NCBI GenBank assembly: GCA_965235115.1
Contig: OZ249445.1
Coordinates: forward strand, 12,090,001 to 12,154,000
From: Laetmonice hystrix
Taxonomy: Eukaryota
Direction: 5' to 3'
DNA: 64,000 bases
Made by a program: the position numbers and the translations under genes. Position 1 is the stretch's first letter. Every line of letters begins with the position of its first letter. The notes beneath the pieces were generated by a model. It was given only the letters and a program-made list of their open reading frames with translations. It did not search any database and was not told where the DNA came from. Below are positions 12,901 through 26,108 of the stretch, piece by piece.

Positions 12901-15044
12901 CTTAGCCGTACGCCCGCCTCCCGCCGCCCGGCCGCCCGGCCGCCCGGCCCGCCCGGCCCGCCTCCCGCCGGGGCATGACAATATGTAACGGCAAAGCAGG
13001 CAATTTTCGCTGACATTTGGATTTTCACAGAAAATCCAATAACGTGACTGGTAATTACTGATTTAAAACGGTTATTCAAACCGTGGCAACAATGAAACCT
13101 CCTGTGTACGTGCATGCACGCGGACAAGGTGAAGACACGAGTGGGAGTACCAGGTGAGGGCGAGTTTAAGTGTACGGTTACGTCCACCAACACCTGTATA
13201 TATATATTACATTTCCAGGTTAGCACGTTGTACAATAACGTACACGGGCAAACATCATGCTCATTAGGATCTCATGTCACCCAGGGCATCATTAAAATAC
13301 GTCATTATGAAAACATGTCTTGTTAAAGACATGATCATTGCGTGGCCTAAACTACATAGTACACAGGTAAGACAGGCTTTGCGTTCTATGTTTCACATTC
13401 ATCAATAAAATAAACTAGTAAGTGATGTTACTTTCAATGCCACGGAGTTAACAAACATTGATCTTCTCCATAATTGTGGATAAAAACGGTTTCTATTATT
13501 ATAAAAACTACTGAAAACGTTATAACATACTGGTTTATCTGGCCATATTTACTATATCTCAAGGGAACAGTTTCCCTCTGCTATAGCTAGAACACAATCT
13601 CCCACTTTCCTTATAATGAGCAGCATCTCGTATTCAGACAACAGTCTTGTATATATATGACCCTTATACCAACAGCAATCGTACTGTATGTCAATCTATC
13701 TGCATACAGTTTGTTAACTTAATTGTGAACTTCTCTCGCCGTGCATCCTTCATGCACTGACAGTCCTGACACCTGGCGACCTTTCATAGAACAATCTTTC
13801 GTGACGCTGCATCGTCTAAGTTTTTCCTCGTGTCGAGTTACGTCATTAACATGCAACAAACACCAACACGGGTAAAGCTGAGAGCTACACTGTAAACCAG
13901 ATATTTTGTTCAGGCAAAACATGTTTTCCTCTCGCACTACAAGAATCTTCTTCGTTACGATCATCATTATACAATTTTGAAATCGATACGATGTGATAAA
14001 TAGTTTGAAACTTCCAGATCGGATGTAATGAAGGATTTATGATGCCATCAAAATATTCTATCTCTGCCTCGGGGCAGACATGGCAGTCAACCTTGCCATC
14101 AATGTTTGGTAACAATCATATTCGCTCTCAAAAGTTTAACTTAAAACTCTGGGTAATAGTGTAATCTACTGCAGTATTTAATCCATACTCAAGTATTCTG
14201 AGACACTGGATGCTGGAAGTTAGTCTCAAATCTTGACCCGAGAGCCTGAGACCGGCCAACACCTGATAGCCAAACTCATGACAAAAACAAACTTCTCCCG
14301 ACTCATAAACATCCATTAAACCTGCCTCAGTAAGATCCTGCCGTCTAAACCATACGTCAGATTAGGCCTACGAATCTTATATACTTTGATGTTTAACAAC
14401 GATCATCTTTCAGTGGAATTAAGAATTCACGAGAACCTTTTGAAACTTTGTTAAGACTTTGATTTCAGTAATTCTATCTTTTCAGCATGAATATTTAACT
14501 AAAACAATTCACTGCTTTGCGCATTATCTATAGCCTTGCGATGATTCGAACGGTGAGAAATGTTTCATTAAACCCTTGTGTGTCTTACATTCGATTCCAG
14601 GGCTCTGAATGGGTTCACGTCTAATAAAAGGAATACCTTCTGTCCGCTGTATTTTACAGTGTTCTCGTTCCCACCAACTGTATTTTTACAGTGGTCTAGT
14701 TCTCACAGCTGTATTAGCCTGATCTAGTTCCAAGCACACAGCTCCAAATATCGGTCTAGTTCTCCTCAACCCTACCACATGTTTCACTTCCCACAATCTT
14801 CATTTCAACCACAAAAATCCTCTCTGTTGATTTATGATCTTTCCAAATCTAGCCGGTGCACAACTTTCTCTAATAACCAACAAAATATCGCGATTTATGA
14901 CCTTTACAAGAAAGTTGTGCAACGGCGACATTGTAAGGAACTGATTACTCTTGTCTACACGGGATCTCAAAACCTCACAACGAGCGTTTTAATTTGCCAG
15001 GAATTATGTGTCAAAAACAAACCAGTTTCTGCGACATTTAACCA

Positions 15045-15440
15045 AACTAACGGCTCTCATACAGACCCCCTCAACTCGATGGTCAAAACTTACGGCTCTC
15101 ATGGGGACCCCTCTACCTGATGGTCATATCTAACGGCTCTTAGATGGACGCCTCTACCTGATGGTCAAATATAACTGTTCTCAGACGGACCCCTCTACCT
15201 GATGGTCAAATCTAACAGTTCTCATAGGGACCCCTCAATTTGATGGTCAAATCTGACGGCTCTCAGAAGGACCGCTGTATCTTATGGTCAAATCTAACGG
15301 CTGTCATAGGGTCCCCTCTACCTGATGGTCATATCTAACGCCTCTCAGAAGGACCCCTCCACCTGATGGTCACATCTAACGGCTCTCATAGGGACCCCTC
15401 AATTTGATGGTCAAAACTGACTGTTTTCGCACGGATCCCT
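15045..15440. repeat. Diverged 41-bp minisatellite, about 9-10 copies (FUZ intron 8)
   Basis: Unit approximately ctaacggctctcatagggacccctctacctgatggtcaaat, recurring at 41-42 nt spacing. Confidence 0.9.
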
Positions 15441-18173
15441 AACATCAACGAGTTTTTAGAACCAATGCCTCACATACGGTATGCTCAAAACACCCCATTC
15501 ACATGCCAGTTAATGTCTCTCAACCCAAACATCAAGCTAACCTTCAGCACCGGGAAAACCCCACGTGACGCAGGAACAGATAACTTGCCATCAACACTGC
15601 AATCTTTGCAATATTCACAACCTAAAACTTTTCTTTTTCTCTACAAAATCACTCAATCTTCTCTATGGAGTTGAAATGTCAATCGAATGGCCCACTAGGG
15701 AGCGAACGCCCGTACTTTTATACGCCAAACCTGTGACACCACAGGAGATTCATCTGCAAGAAATTTGACTAAATTTAGTTCGATGCATCATCATCACTTG
15801 GAAGACATTTCCAAATTCCAATAGGATTCCTCCTAAACATAAAGATTGTTTCTTCCCCTTACAATCAGCCAAGCGGGCTGTGTCCCCTCGAGGTGTGATG
15901 CCCTCTCTACGACTTCCTAACATGCAAAGACACTGAAAGGATTTTTGTAATTCACAATGGGCTTTACGACCTGACGGCCAACATTGCTGTTACAGTGACG
16001 TAAGGGTGGACTAAAAGACTGTTGTTTCAAGCCGTCTCTAGAATATGAACTTGCTTTGTAAAATCAACACTACAAACGTTTGACCTCGTCATGACCTGAA
16101 CCAATCAGTCGTCGATGTATATGTGCGATTAAAAGTATTTTAAAAAACAGTTTTTTTCTCTCAACTAAATTTCATAGAAAAAGGGGAATCTCACCCCCAG
16201 GTTTTCACGAAATTGAAAAATAATTTTCTGACATTTTACGTAATGTAGTTTGTTACTTGAAACTTTGGTGTGCTAAAGAATTCGATACTGATCAAAATGT
16301 CATTAAGTTTTCGTGGTTGAGCAACTTCTTGATAAGCTGTTCACCCCAGGCCTGTGGTAAAACAGATCATGAAAATTGCTGGCACATGTGATATCATATG
16401 AAGGACAAGAAAGGTGACCACTGGTGCAGGTGAAAGTCGCTAGTATACATGTAACTCAACCGGTTGGTAACTATAATTGAAAATAACTTCTTGAAGGACG
16501 AGATCGCTCCGACCATTCATTGAAAAAATGAATTGCTCTTTCATAGCAATTCATAACTTAGTAAGGTTTGAAAGGTTACTAGGAAGGTAGGAGTTGTGAA
16601 CTTTCTAACAAACTACATACTAGGAGCCTTCTTTGGCTCAAATCAGCGACACATACAGCCACATGAGAATACTTCAATAAACGTCAACCGACCAAGAATG
16701 AGCGGCTGAAACAAATGTCTCTCTCCTCTATTCATTGTTACTTCCTTGCTTATCAGCCGGGGAAAAATATATATTTAGACTGAATTAAATGAAAAGGAGC
16801 ACATCCTTGAGAGACGTTCTATGAATTCATCTGATACAATTGACAATGGTTTACTCATATGCTGAACAATTTCCACTTAATGCATTCTTCTAAGTACAAA
16901 TCCTGCACAGTAGGTTTGTTCAAGAAGTCATGGATGAAAGGCCACGAGCAAAAGAAGAGAAATCGAGTCTCTCAACATATCTCCCTACAAAGTAACTTTT
17001 CGGTTAAAAATATGGCGCTCACATTCAATGTTGATACATGTGAGCGCTACATATTCAATTTCTTCTAAAATGCAGAGGCGTTTTGCATACCAGAAATGGT
17101 CAATTATGATATCTTATATGTACACGCCAATGAAAAACGCCCCCTATCAATTACATACAGTCAGACTCATATAAAGTTTAAAAGTATCCGAACTCATTCT
17201 CATATTTCAGACAATTTCATGGAATTCTGACTCTTTTTGATAATTTTATATTGATCAGTTGGCTCAACTTTGTTGGATGGACCAAGATAAGTCGTGTATG
17301 AACTTGGGGTAAAATGTTCAACGCAATCCAATAAATGTCAGCGAGTTATGAAAGGAAATGGTTGGAGCATCTCCCCTTCAAGTAAAGATTGTGTCCAGGC
17401 AACACATATCTTTTTGTGACGTGCGATGACAGTGCTTGATGCAACAGCAGCAACAACAGCAGCCGCGGCAGGAGCTGCACTAACGCCACCTACTGGCGGA
17501 TGTCGGCGCCATGGGGCGGCCATGTCGGACGCCGTCCGTGAAGGGCAGAAGTAGCGAGGGCACGTCCTCGGCCGACTCGGGAATGGCGGCCAGTGCCCAC
17601 ATCGACATCGGGACGAACGATGGCGTCACCTCAAAAAATCCCAGACCTTACGGGGCGTCGGCGGCGGCGGCAAGCAGCGGCCAACAACGAAAACACAACG
17701 TTAAATATCACCCACACAGGTCCCAATCTACACTGATAAAACCCACTTCATTTTTACCATCACGATAACCAGCCACATGGTGGCGGGATAATGGACCCCT
17801 GGTACCATTATCTGACCTCTTATATATAGATCGCTTCCGATATAAGGGACAAAGTCCAATACGATCTGCCGTGAAATCACCTCCGACACTTGGTAATACC
17901 AGGCCCGATGATGGAGGACACATCTACGGTTTGGATGACATACAACTGACTGACGCTGACATAATGCTACAGCTTTGCTAGCATTATTCTAATCTGCATA
18001 CATTTGGTTTTTCCTAGGCTTGTGATTACAATCGAAAGGTCCCCTAGCTCTGATTCTAGCAGAATATTTCATGTAAATATAATGTGATCATGACGGCAGT
18101 CCAGGAGTGGATATCATAGTAATCGACATATAAACCAATATTTGCAGACAAATAGTAAGATATAAGTATGAGA

Positions 18174-18378
18174 AACTTTATATCAATATATATAATACAA
18201 TTATCGGAAATCTGAACTTTATATCAATATATATAATACAATTATCGGAAATCTGAACTTTATATCAATATATATAATACAATTATCGGAAATCTGAACT
18301 TTATATCAATATATATAATACAATTATCGGAAATCTGAACTTTATATCAATATATATAATACAATTATCGGAAATCTG
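18174..18378. repeat. AT-rich 41-bp minisatellite, 5 essentially identical copies (FUZ intron 8)
   Basis: aactttatatcaatatatataatacaattatcggaaatctg at 18174, 18215, 18256, 18297 and 18338. Confidence 0.95.
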
Positions 18379-20999
18379 CCTGATTTGCATACGGAGGCAA
18401 TATGAATATTCCAAGATTGGCTTCAAGATGCCAACATACTATGGTAGTACTGAACAACGATCATGTCATCGGTTTGAAAGCTATGTCGCAATAACTTGAA
18501 TCAAGCTCCTCACGGATTAGCTGGTATTTCAAACCTTCCGGCTGGAATTCAGGAAAAGATAATATTTTTGCACACCCTGCATATAATTCCTGACAACTGC
18601 AGCAAGATGGCACGATTCTGCCATCTCGCACTAATAGATATGAGCTTCAAACTGCCATACACTCACTCTACCAGTGCATGTACTTCTACTTGTGCTTTGC
18701 AGAAAAAAAGAATTTCACTGAAGCATCCTTCCTAATCGGGAAGATTCAGAGAGTCTGAGTGTAGAGAGTGCAATCCGCCTGGATATAATTTTATTTAATT
18801 CGTTTCCCAGGGCAGCTGGTCTCTGAAAGGCAATACCTGTAAGGAGGAGCATTATCATTACCACCAATACTAACAACGTGTGAGGTAATAATACAAAGGG
18901 ACGTTCGGTCCAGGACTGAGGGCTTCCATGGCCTGCCACCGGTCAGGGTGGTCAGCTTGGACCTGCCCACACTGGTTCCATTCTGTGAAAGCCATCAATC
19001 TGCAGCCACTGCTGGCATCCAGCACCGGCCCCACCGCTCGGCAACCCATTGTTCCCACAGATAAATGGCAAATGAATTATTGTTTATGCGATGCCGAAAT
19101 TGTCCTCATTCGAACTGTACAAGCAATCTTGTCTTATGTTTTACGCACCAATTTCTTCCCGGTCATGACGTCACTAACTCTTATGCAAATTAACCTCTAA
19201 AAAGAGAAATGAATGAATAGGGCAAAAACTTTGGCTTTCCTGTGATCTTCAAATCTGACGCTGAAATCGCCAGAATTTGGGGCTATTTTTGTCTCATTGT
19301 CTTCTTGGCAAGTCATTAGTGTGAACGTGACGAGTTAGCGTTACTCTTGCATCGTTCTCAGCTCTCATCGAATTTTAACCAACACCAAAAATACATTTAA
19401 TCAAAGATTCCAGCGGATGTGTCTCTGGCGGCTCTGACTACAGACGCCGTGTCATTTGTAGCCATGTATGTTGTGTAAGAGGGACGAGCAGGAGGATGAC
19501 GAGGAGAAGGAGGGTGAGACCAGAAGGAGAAGGACGGCAAGGAGGAGAAGGAGAGTGGAGGTCGTGGCTCCGGCTGACGGCCCACAGAGCCAGGTATGAC
19601 AGGCAGACAGGGAGCCGGCAGCCTGCCACTGGAACTTCAGTCGGATCAAGTTCGGCTAAGAAACTCCTCATACCTGGAGGAAATACTCGGCATTAAATCT
19701 GAGACTGCATTACCAGCGAACCTGGTGGCAGCTGCAGAATCAATACAACCGGGTGTGCTCGCCAAACATGCAGCGCGACGCAGAAGAAAGTGAGCGGGTC
19801 AAAAACTGACCCGTGGTCATTGGCGCTGACTGCCAGCGTCCGTGGGTCACGTGACGCCAGCCCCAGCATGCCATATTGGAGCAATCCGCACGTAATATAA
19901 ATTAATGGCCTCGATTTTTCAAAACTTTCAGGCATCAGCTCTCCAGTTTATTTAGGTTAGACTCAGATTGAAATGAGCTTATTTGAGTATACGATTGTCA
20001 TTTCTAGTTATGAGGAATTGTGCAATTTTTGAGCCAGGGTTTGTAATATTCGTTGCCGGGATTTCATAATATTTTTCGCTGGGTAAATTATGAAAATTCT
20101 CATCAAACTCTGAGAATTCCACTAAGAAATCTGAATAACCGTTGTAAGCTCCATGGCAACTGAAACACCCACTCAATGAAAATCTCTCAAGCTTGGCTAT
20201 TACAGAGGATGAGAACTCCCAAGACAATGCCAGGCACTGCTACATAGGAATTCCATATTGAAAGAGCACATTCCCCTTAAAATGTACACCAATGTCTGCG
20301 GCATCAAGGTATTGGCAAGATGGAATCATACAATGTAAAGCAGTTGTTTAATTTACACCGAACGAAAGAATCACACAAGCAAAACCTCTTCATTTCAGAA
20401 ACGTTGGGAGGACTCCGAAGTAATTTAAAACTTATTAAACTGACCCTAGAAAAAATTCGAGCCTAATAGTGTTTTCTCATTCAGTACACACTGGAATGGG
20501 TCCCTGAAACTTTGTTCAAAGTTGTTGCTGAAATTCAGACACTTTGCAAAAATAATCAGCTGGGTTTGGAAGAAATTCAAGAGTTTCGATAATGTTCTCT
20601 GTTGAAAGAAGTTTCATTTCCCCAGTCAAACTGAAAATGGTGTGGAGTTTTTGGTTTCACATTAACACTGCAGGCCTTCAAAGGATTTCATCCAGATCTG
20701 CTTCATGGCAGGCCTTTAAATGCAGTTTTCATAACCGTGAGTGGCTTTGATGAAGGGTGTTGTACATTGCTATATCCATCCACTTTTATGTTGACTGCAT
20801 TAAAGGTAATGATTTGAAAGGGCTTAGTTGTGAAAATACCGCTTTTAAACCTGACGTGAAACTTAAAAATATATACAATATAATATAACATACAATTACA
20901 GCCTTTATGATCTGTAATTGATAAGTCAGAACACTGTCATAAGAAAACACTTATCGCCCCAAGGTTTCCAATGGCGTTAGATTGTTTTGCCATACGTAC

Positions 21000-21076
21000 C
21001 TGTTTTCTTGCTGGTTTCATCGAATGGCTGAACCGAGTATATACAACGATGACTTTCTGTGTTGATTAACATTAAC
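21000..21076 (-). CDS. FUZ: FUZ exon 8
   Basis: Acceptor ttgtatctcttcag|. (G)LMLINTESHRCIYSVQPFDETSKKT matches GLLLLHLELKRCLFTVEP. Donor G|GTACGT. Phases 2 and 1. Confidence 0.9.
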
Positions 21077-21796
21077 CTGAAGAGATACAAACAATACCAT
21101 GGCACCTAACTCAGTGTTCGTACATAACTAGGAGAATACAGCAGCACTCATCGCAGACATAATATTATGACATATAAGTTCTAAGAAGACTTTGACTCCT
21201 AATAAGAGTTTACTGTACCACGATGTAAATTATTAAATGTTGGTGCTTTAGTAGCAATGAGCCTTGCTGAAGTAGGCGAAACTACAGTACATGTATATGG
21301 AATACATACATAGACCCGTATGTGTTCTAATCATATGGCGTGGTTTAATATACATAGCCATAATACACAATACACATAATACACATGTTGCAGCTGACCA
21401 ATTGAGATGAGAAAATGCATATAAATATTGACATCCAGAGAATACAAGCACTGAATAACATCATGAATACAGAACTAAGATAGAGTGACAAATTGATTAA
21501 TTATAAAGTTACGGTAAAACTCCACCAACTCCTATGAGTCCATTCGGAATAACACAGCCAAAACCTGTAAATTCACGACTCGAAGCTCGCCTGAAGTGAA
21601 TAAAATTTCTAATTTCAAGAAGGAAACATATCAACCTAGTTCTGGGAGCCTAATAAGGAACTTAATAGCAAAAATTGCTCGAATCAGGCAGAACAGATAA
21701 CAAGTTTTCAGTTGTGCAATGTGAAAATATTGTAATTAATTGCCATAAATCAGTGAAGCCAGATTGCGGCAGTGAGGAAAGTGAATGAAACCGGTC

Positions 21797-22820
21797 AGTT
21801 GGTGTGAGTTGGAATGCTGACTGACTGACTCACCCAAGGATGTTGGTGTGAGTTGGAATGCTGACTGACTGACTCACCCTAGGATGTTGGTGTGAGTTGG
21901 AATGCTGACTGACTGACTGACTGACCCAAGGATGTTGGTGTGAGTTGGAATGCTGACTGACTGACTGACCCAAGTATGTTGGTGTGAGTTGGAATGCTGA
22001 ATGACTGACTGACTGACTGACCCAAGGATGTTGGTGTGAGTTGGAATGCTGACTACCTGACTTACCCAAGGATGTTGGTGTGAGTTGGAATGCTGACTGA
22101 CTGACTCACCCTAGGATGTTGGTGTGAGTTGGAATGCTGACTGACTGACCCAAGGATGTTGGTGTCAGTTGGAATGCTGACTGACTGACTGACCCAAGGA
22201 TGCTGGTGTGAGTTGGAATGCTGACTGACTGACTGACCCAAGGATGTTGGTGTGAGTTGGAATGCTGACTGACTGACCCAAGGATGTTGGTGTGAGTTGG
22301 AATGCTGACTGACTAACTGGCTGGCTGACCCAAGGATGTTGGTGTGAGTTGGAATGCTGACTGACTGACTGACTGACTGACCCAAGGATGTTGGTGTGAG
22401 TTGAAATGCTGACTGACTGACCCAAGGATGTTGGTGTGAGTTGGAATGCTGACTGACTGACCCAAGGATGTTGGTGTGAGTTGGAATGCTGACTGACTGA
22501 CTGACCCAAGGATGTTGGTGTGAGTTGGAATGCTGACTACCTGACTGACCCAAGGATGTTGGTGTGAGTTGGAATGCTGACTACCTGACTGACTCACCCT
22601 AGGATGTTGGTGTGAGTTGGAATGCTGACTGACTGACTGACCCAAGGATGTTAGTGTGAGTTGGAATGCTGACTGACTGACTCACCCAAGGATGTTGGTG
22701 TGAGTTGGAATGCTGACTGACTGACTGACCCAAGGATGTTAGTGTGAGTTGGAATGCTGACTGACTGACTTGGTGTAAGTTAGAATGCTGACTGACTGAC
22801 TCACCCAAGGATGTTGGTGT
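21797..22820. repeat. Compound minisatellite (40-52 bp units: fixed core plus variable (GACT)n), about 23 units, built from the FUZ exon 7 donor junction
   Basis: Minus-strand unit ACACCAACATCCTTGG|GT(C/G/A)AGT(CAGT)n-gcattccaactc. The first 16 nt are identical to the 3-prime end of exon 7. Confidence 0.95.
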
Positions 22821-22908
22821 CGACTTGCAGGCCGATGGGGAAGGGTCGGGGCTGTTGGCGGGCCAGTGACTTGAGCGGGTCGTAGGCCGACCTCCAAAAC
22901 CGCCCCAC
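22805..22908 (-). CDS. FUZ: FUZ exon 7
   Basis: Acceptor ggtttgtttcag|. VGRFWRSAYDPLKSLARQQPRPFPIGLQVDTNIL(G) matches LERWWQPLLDPLRA...HTDILG. Donor GG|GTGAGT. Confidence 0.9.
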
Positions 22909-23297
22909 CTGAAACAAACCACCAACAGTTAACGGGTCGTCTGTCTCACAGTCTACATAGATACAGTCTACAGTCTACAGTCTACAGAGATAACACCCCA
23001 TCTCTCCATCTACGGACGTGGTCGGGGGATGTACTGACTGTTGGCAGCAATATTTTGGAGGTGATATTTGACGACGTGGTGAACTCGTGTTTAGTACAGC
23101 AAGGTGCCCTAAAATCAGGGCTGACTTGGCCAACACTTTATATTATCAAGGCCCTGGAAGGGACCAAACAAATATATGACCGAACGAGTTGGTCATCATA
23201 ATTATATTTATAGTGCATTACTTGTGCTGTCCATATAAACGAAAGGAGACGTGGATGGGAAGGAAACAACGGAATCTTCTTTGAAATAACCGTCTCT

Positions 23298-23672
23298 CAG
23301 CCTGAGCATCAGGTACATTTCACTATACTACTAACGGTTCCCGTGAGTAGTATATCAAAATGTACGTGATGCTCAGGCTGTCCGTTAGCGTGTCCAGGGC
23401 GTAACATGAGGTTCACTATACTACTAACGGTTCCCGTGAGTAGTATATCAAAATGTACGTGATGCTCAGGCTGTCCGTTAGCGTGTCCAGGGCCTAACAT
23501 GAGGTTCACTATACTACTAACGGTTCCTGTGAGTAGTATATCAAAATGTACGTGATGCTCAGGCTGTCCGTTAGCGTGTCCAGGGCGTAACATGAGGTTC
23601 ACTATACTACTAACGGTTCCTGTGAGTAGTATATCAAAATGTACGTGATGCTCAGGCTGTCCGTTAGCGTGT
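23298..23672. repeat. 93-bp tandem repeat (about 3.8 copies) seeded on an 83-nt imperfect palindrome (FUZ intron 6)
   Basis: Units start at 23319, 23412, 23505 and 23598. 23298-23380 folds back on itself around a TTC loop. Confidence 0.9.
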
Positions 23673-26012
23673 GAGGGGAAGGCCTGATATTTGGCAGGCA
23701 ATCAGGTAACCCGTCACACTTCTTCCAACAGGGGACACTTATAACAACACTCCAAACACACTCTCCCTAACTTCAGGCCATTCAACATCAACGGCCGGAC
23801 TTCGCTCGGGATGAACATACAGTAGGACATACCGGTATTCACAATGACTGACAAGGCACCAACATTACAAAATGGGCTTACAGTGGCTTCGCAAATTGTC
23901 GACATACTGGCCAAAAAGGCTTAAATGTCAAATTTAGAAAAATTGTGACCCCAAAACCCAAAATGACAAAACTGGTTCAATGCATTTTGCTACTCAATAT
24001 CTGCGTCTATATTTAATCTGCTCAGACTGACAATGTCTTGGGAAACTCGGTGATCATGAACGCAAGGCTAAAAATATCACAATATGAACTCATTAAGAAA
24101 TAAAAGTATCTACTTGCGTCAAAGTTACTCCTTCCTCGCCAAACTATAATTTGTCACTTAGATTCCATTTCTGGGCAAATTGCCTGCTTTATGAATGGAT
24201 CTTTTCAGGAACTGAGACTGTCTTGCCAGGCCGACAACTGAGACTACTGGCATTTACTTAGTAGTAAACGGATCAGAAACAGAAAGTTTCAGCTCTATCT
24301 AAACAACTTTGTAAAGCTCAACGTAAGAGTGAACATACTCATACCTTAAACCACCGTTAGCTGCTTACTACTTTTACAACACTAAGACCGGTAAACCCCG
24401 TCAAAGCCAAGAGGATCAAGGCTTTGCCTCAAGACTAGGAATCATCCTTAGTGGAGTACAAGCTAAGCTGGGGCAGAAAATCTGAGTGGTAGTGAAGCAA
24501 GGTGGGTTTGGGCCGTGGGTTGGAGATTGCTGCAGGGTTAGAGTGTGGCACGCTGTATTGGAATGCTCGGGGCGGGCGGGCTGCCTCCGTCTCTGGCTGA
24601 GTGTGCGCCCCGTGTGCCCGGCACGGACTCCCAAGTCGGGCTATTTCAGGGCCCCGCTCGTCCAGCCGCTTGCCGCCGGCACAATGCTTTGTTGTGTGAT
24701 GTAATACTGACCAAACGTTGGCTGCACAACAGTCTTTATTTGAAAATGTGTATTATTGGAAATGTCAGGGTGCTGATTACAAAATAGTACGCGATCAAAG
24801 TGCCACATGTATCTATTGTGGACATTCAGGGTTAAAAAAAACCGAATTATTTCAGACATTTCGGCCAAACTCAAATGTATCTGAACTTCTGGTTTGGCCA
24901 TCAGTGGAAACTCCGAGGCAGATCAGCCATTGGGGGTTGGAGAACAGTGACTGGAGACCAAGCAATGCCGCAGAATGTAACCATTGCCTCAGTGATGTCT
25001 TGCTATCATAAATAGAACGATAACAAAATGATACGCAACTTGAGACCTTTAAGTGACCTTTCACTATGTCAGTGCCCTTTTGTTTGTAGTGTGTAACAAA
25101 AGGCGGCGGTTTTGTGCCCGGTTTGACGTGTAGCCAACCGGCTGATACCGTCACTGTCTGTAATCTTTGGGTTATGACGCCGCTCAGATCGCCACGAGAG
25201 GACGACATTGCTGACCTACACATCTAATGAGATCTACAACTAAGACTTGCAAAGAAATTATTCCTCAACCTCTTCATTGTCACAGACAAACATAAAAAAC
25301 TAACAAGATGAATAACACTGAGCGAAAACTCTCCTTGCACTTTTTCTCACGCCCAAGTCTGAAATTTTACCAGATCTCAAAATAGACAACTGCGCTTAGG
25401 AAATTAATCAAATTACGCTTAAAGATTGCAACCCAGTTACTGATGTTATAATGATGACACATATTTCATGTTTTTTAAGCCACTGGCTTGTTTCTTTCTT
25501 TGCCACAAATGGTTACAATTTCAGGTTCGTGCCCAAGCCGCATCAGATGTGGCCTGGTCTGGCCTGGCTCGGTTAAGGCACGACGGCCACATTAAGCACG
25601 GCGCCAACGCCGACACCGCCGTCAGTACGTGACGAGTCGACTTCATCAGTACCAACAACCTTAGCACACACTCACACCCCAACTCTACCCAACTCACGGC
25701 CCTCATCGCCCGCATCAATGATAACTTCATAAAAACTTGTCAACATTAAAATATAGACATCATATATTATCAACGTATTTAATGACTGTTAAACAAACCG
25801 CGGCGTTATTTATGGTAGTTAGACATACATATATGTGTATAATTAGCAAGTTACATTATTACAGAATACTACTAAATACTAAATCAAAATTAAGGTAAGA
25901 AGCTACTTATTAAAGTTATTGCAAAGGATAATCATGTAAAAGCGGGTGGTTATTCGGCGACTACTCCTAGATAGTTGTAAAGGAGGGTGTGGAATGGGTT
26001 GGGGTCACTCAC

Positions 26013-26108
26013 CTCCCGCTCGAGGTCAGCTAAGGAAGGCGTCGGTCCACACAGGATACACACCTCCACACCCTCAGTGAGGAGAAAGGTCAGGAGGCGA
26101 TGAGGTAC
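26013..26108 (-). CDS. FUZ: FUZ exon 6
   Basis: Acceptor tgtccttcag|. VPHRLLTFLLTEGVEVCILCGPTPSLADLERE matches VPHRLLTLTLLPSLELCLLCGPSPPL. Donor GAG|GTGAGT. Confidence 0.95.

Noticed and set aside
13885-14316. Two in-frame minus ORFs separated by two stops (possible pseudogene)
   Set aside because: No recognisable motif, so chance cannot be excluded without a homology search.
19438-19674. Minus-strand hydrophobic ORF after a good acceptor, considered as FUZ exon 8
   Set aside because: No similarity to FUZ. The true exon 8 was found at 21076-21000 with correct phases.
21830-22645. Ser/Gln/His-rich ORFs on the minus strand
   Set aside because: Translation artefacts of the exon 7 donor array; the true FUZ frame stops immediately after the donor.
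21797-22820. CRISPR-like appearance (constant repeat plus variable-length spacer)
   Set aside because: The spacers are only (GACT)n microsatellite, not unique sequence. The context is a eukaryotic intron, there are no cas genes, and the repeat derives from the adjacent exon end.
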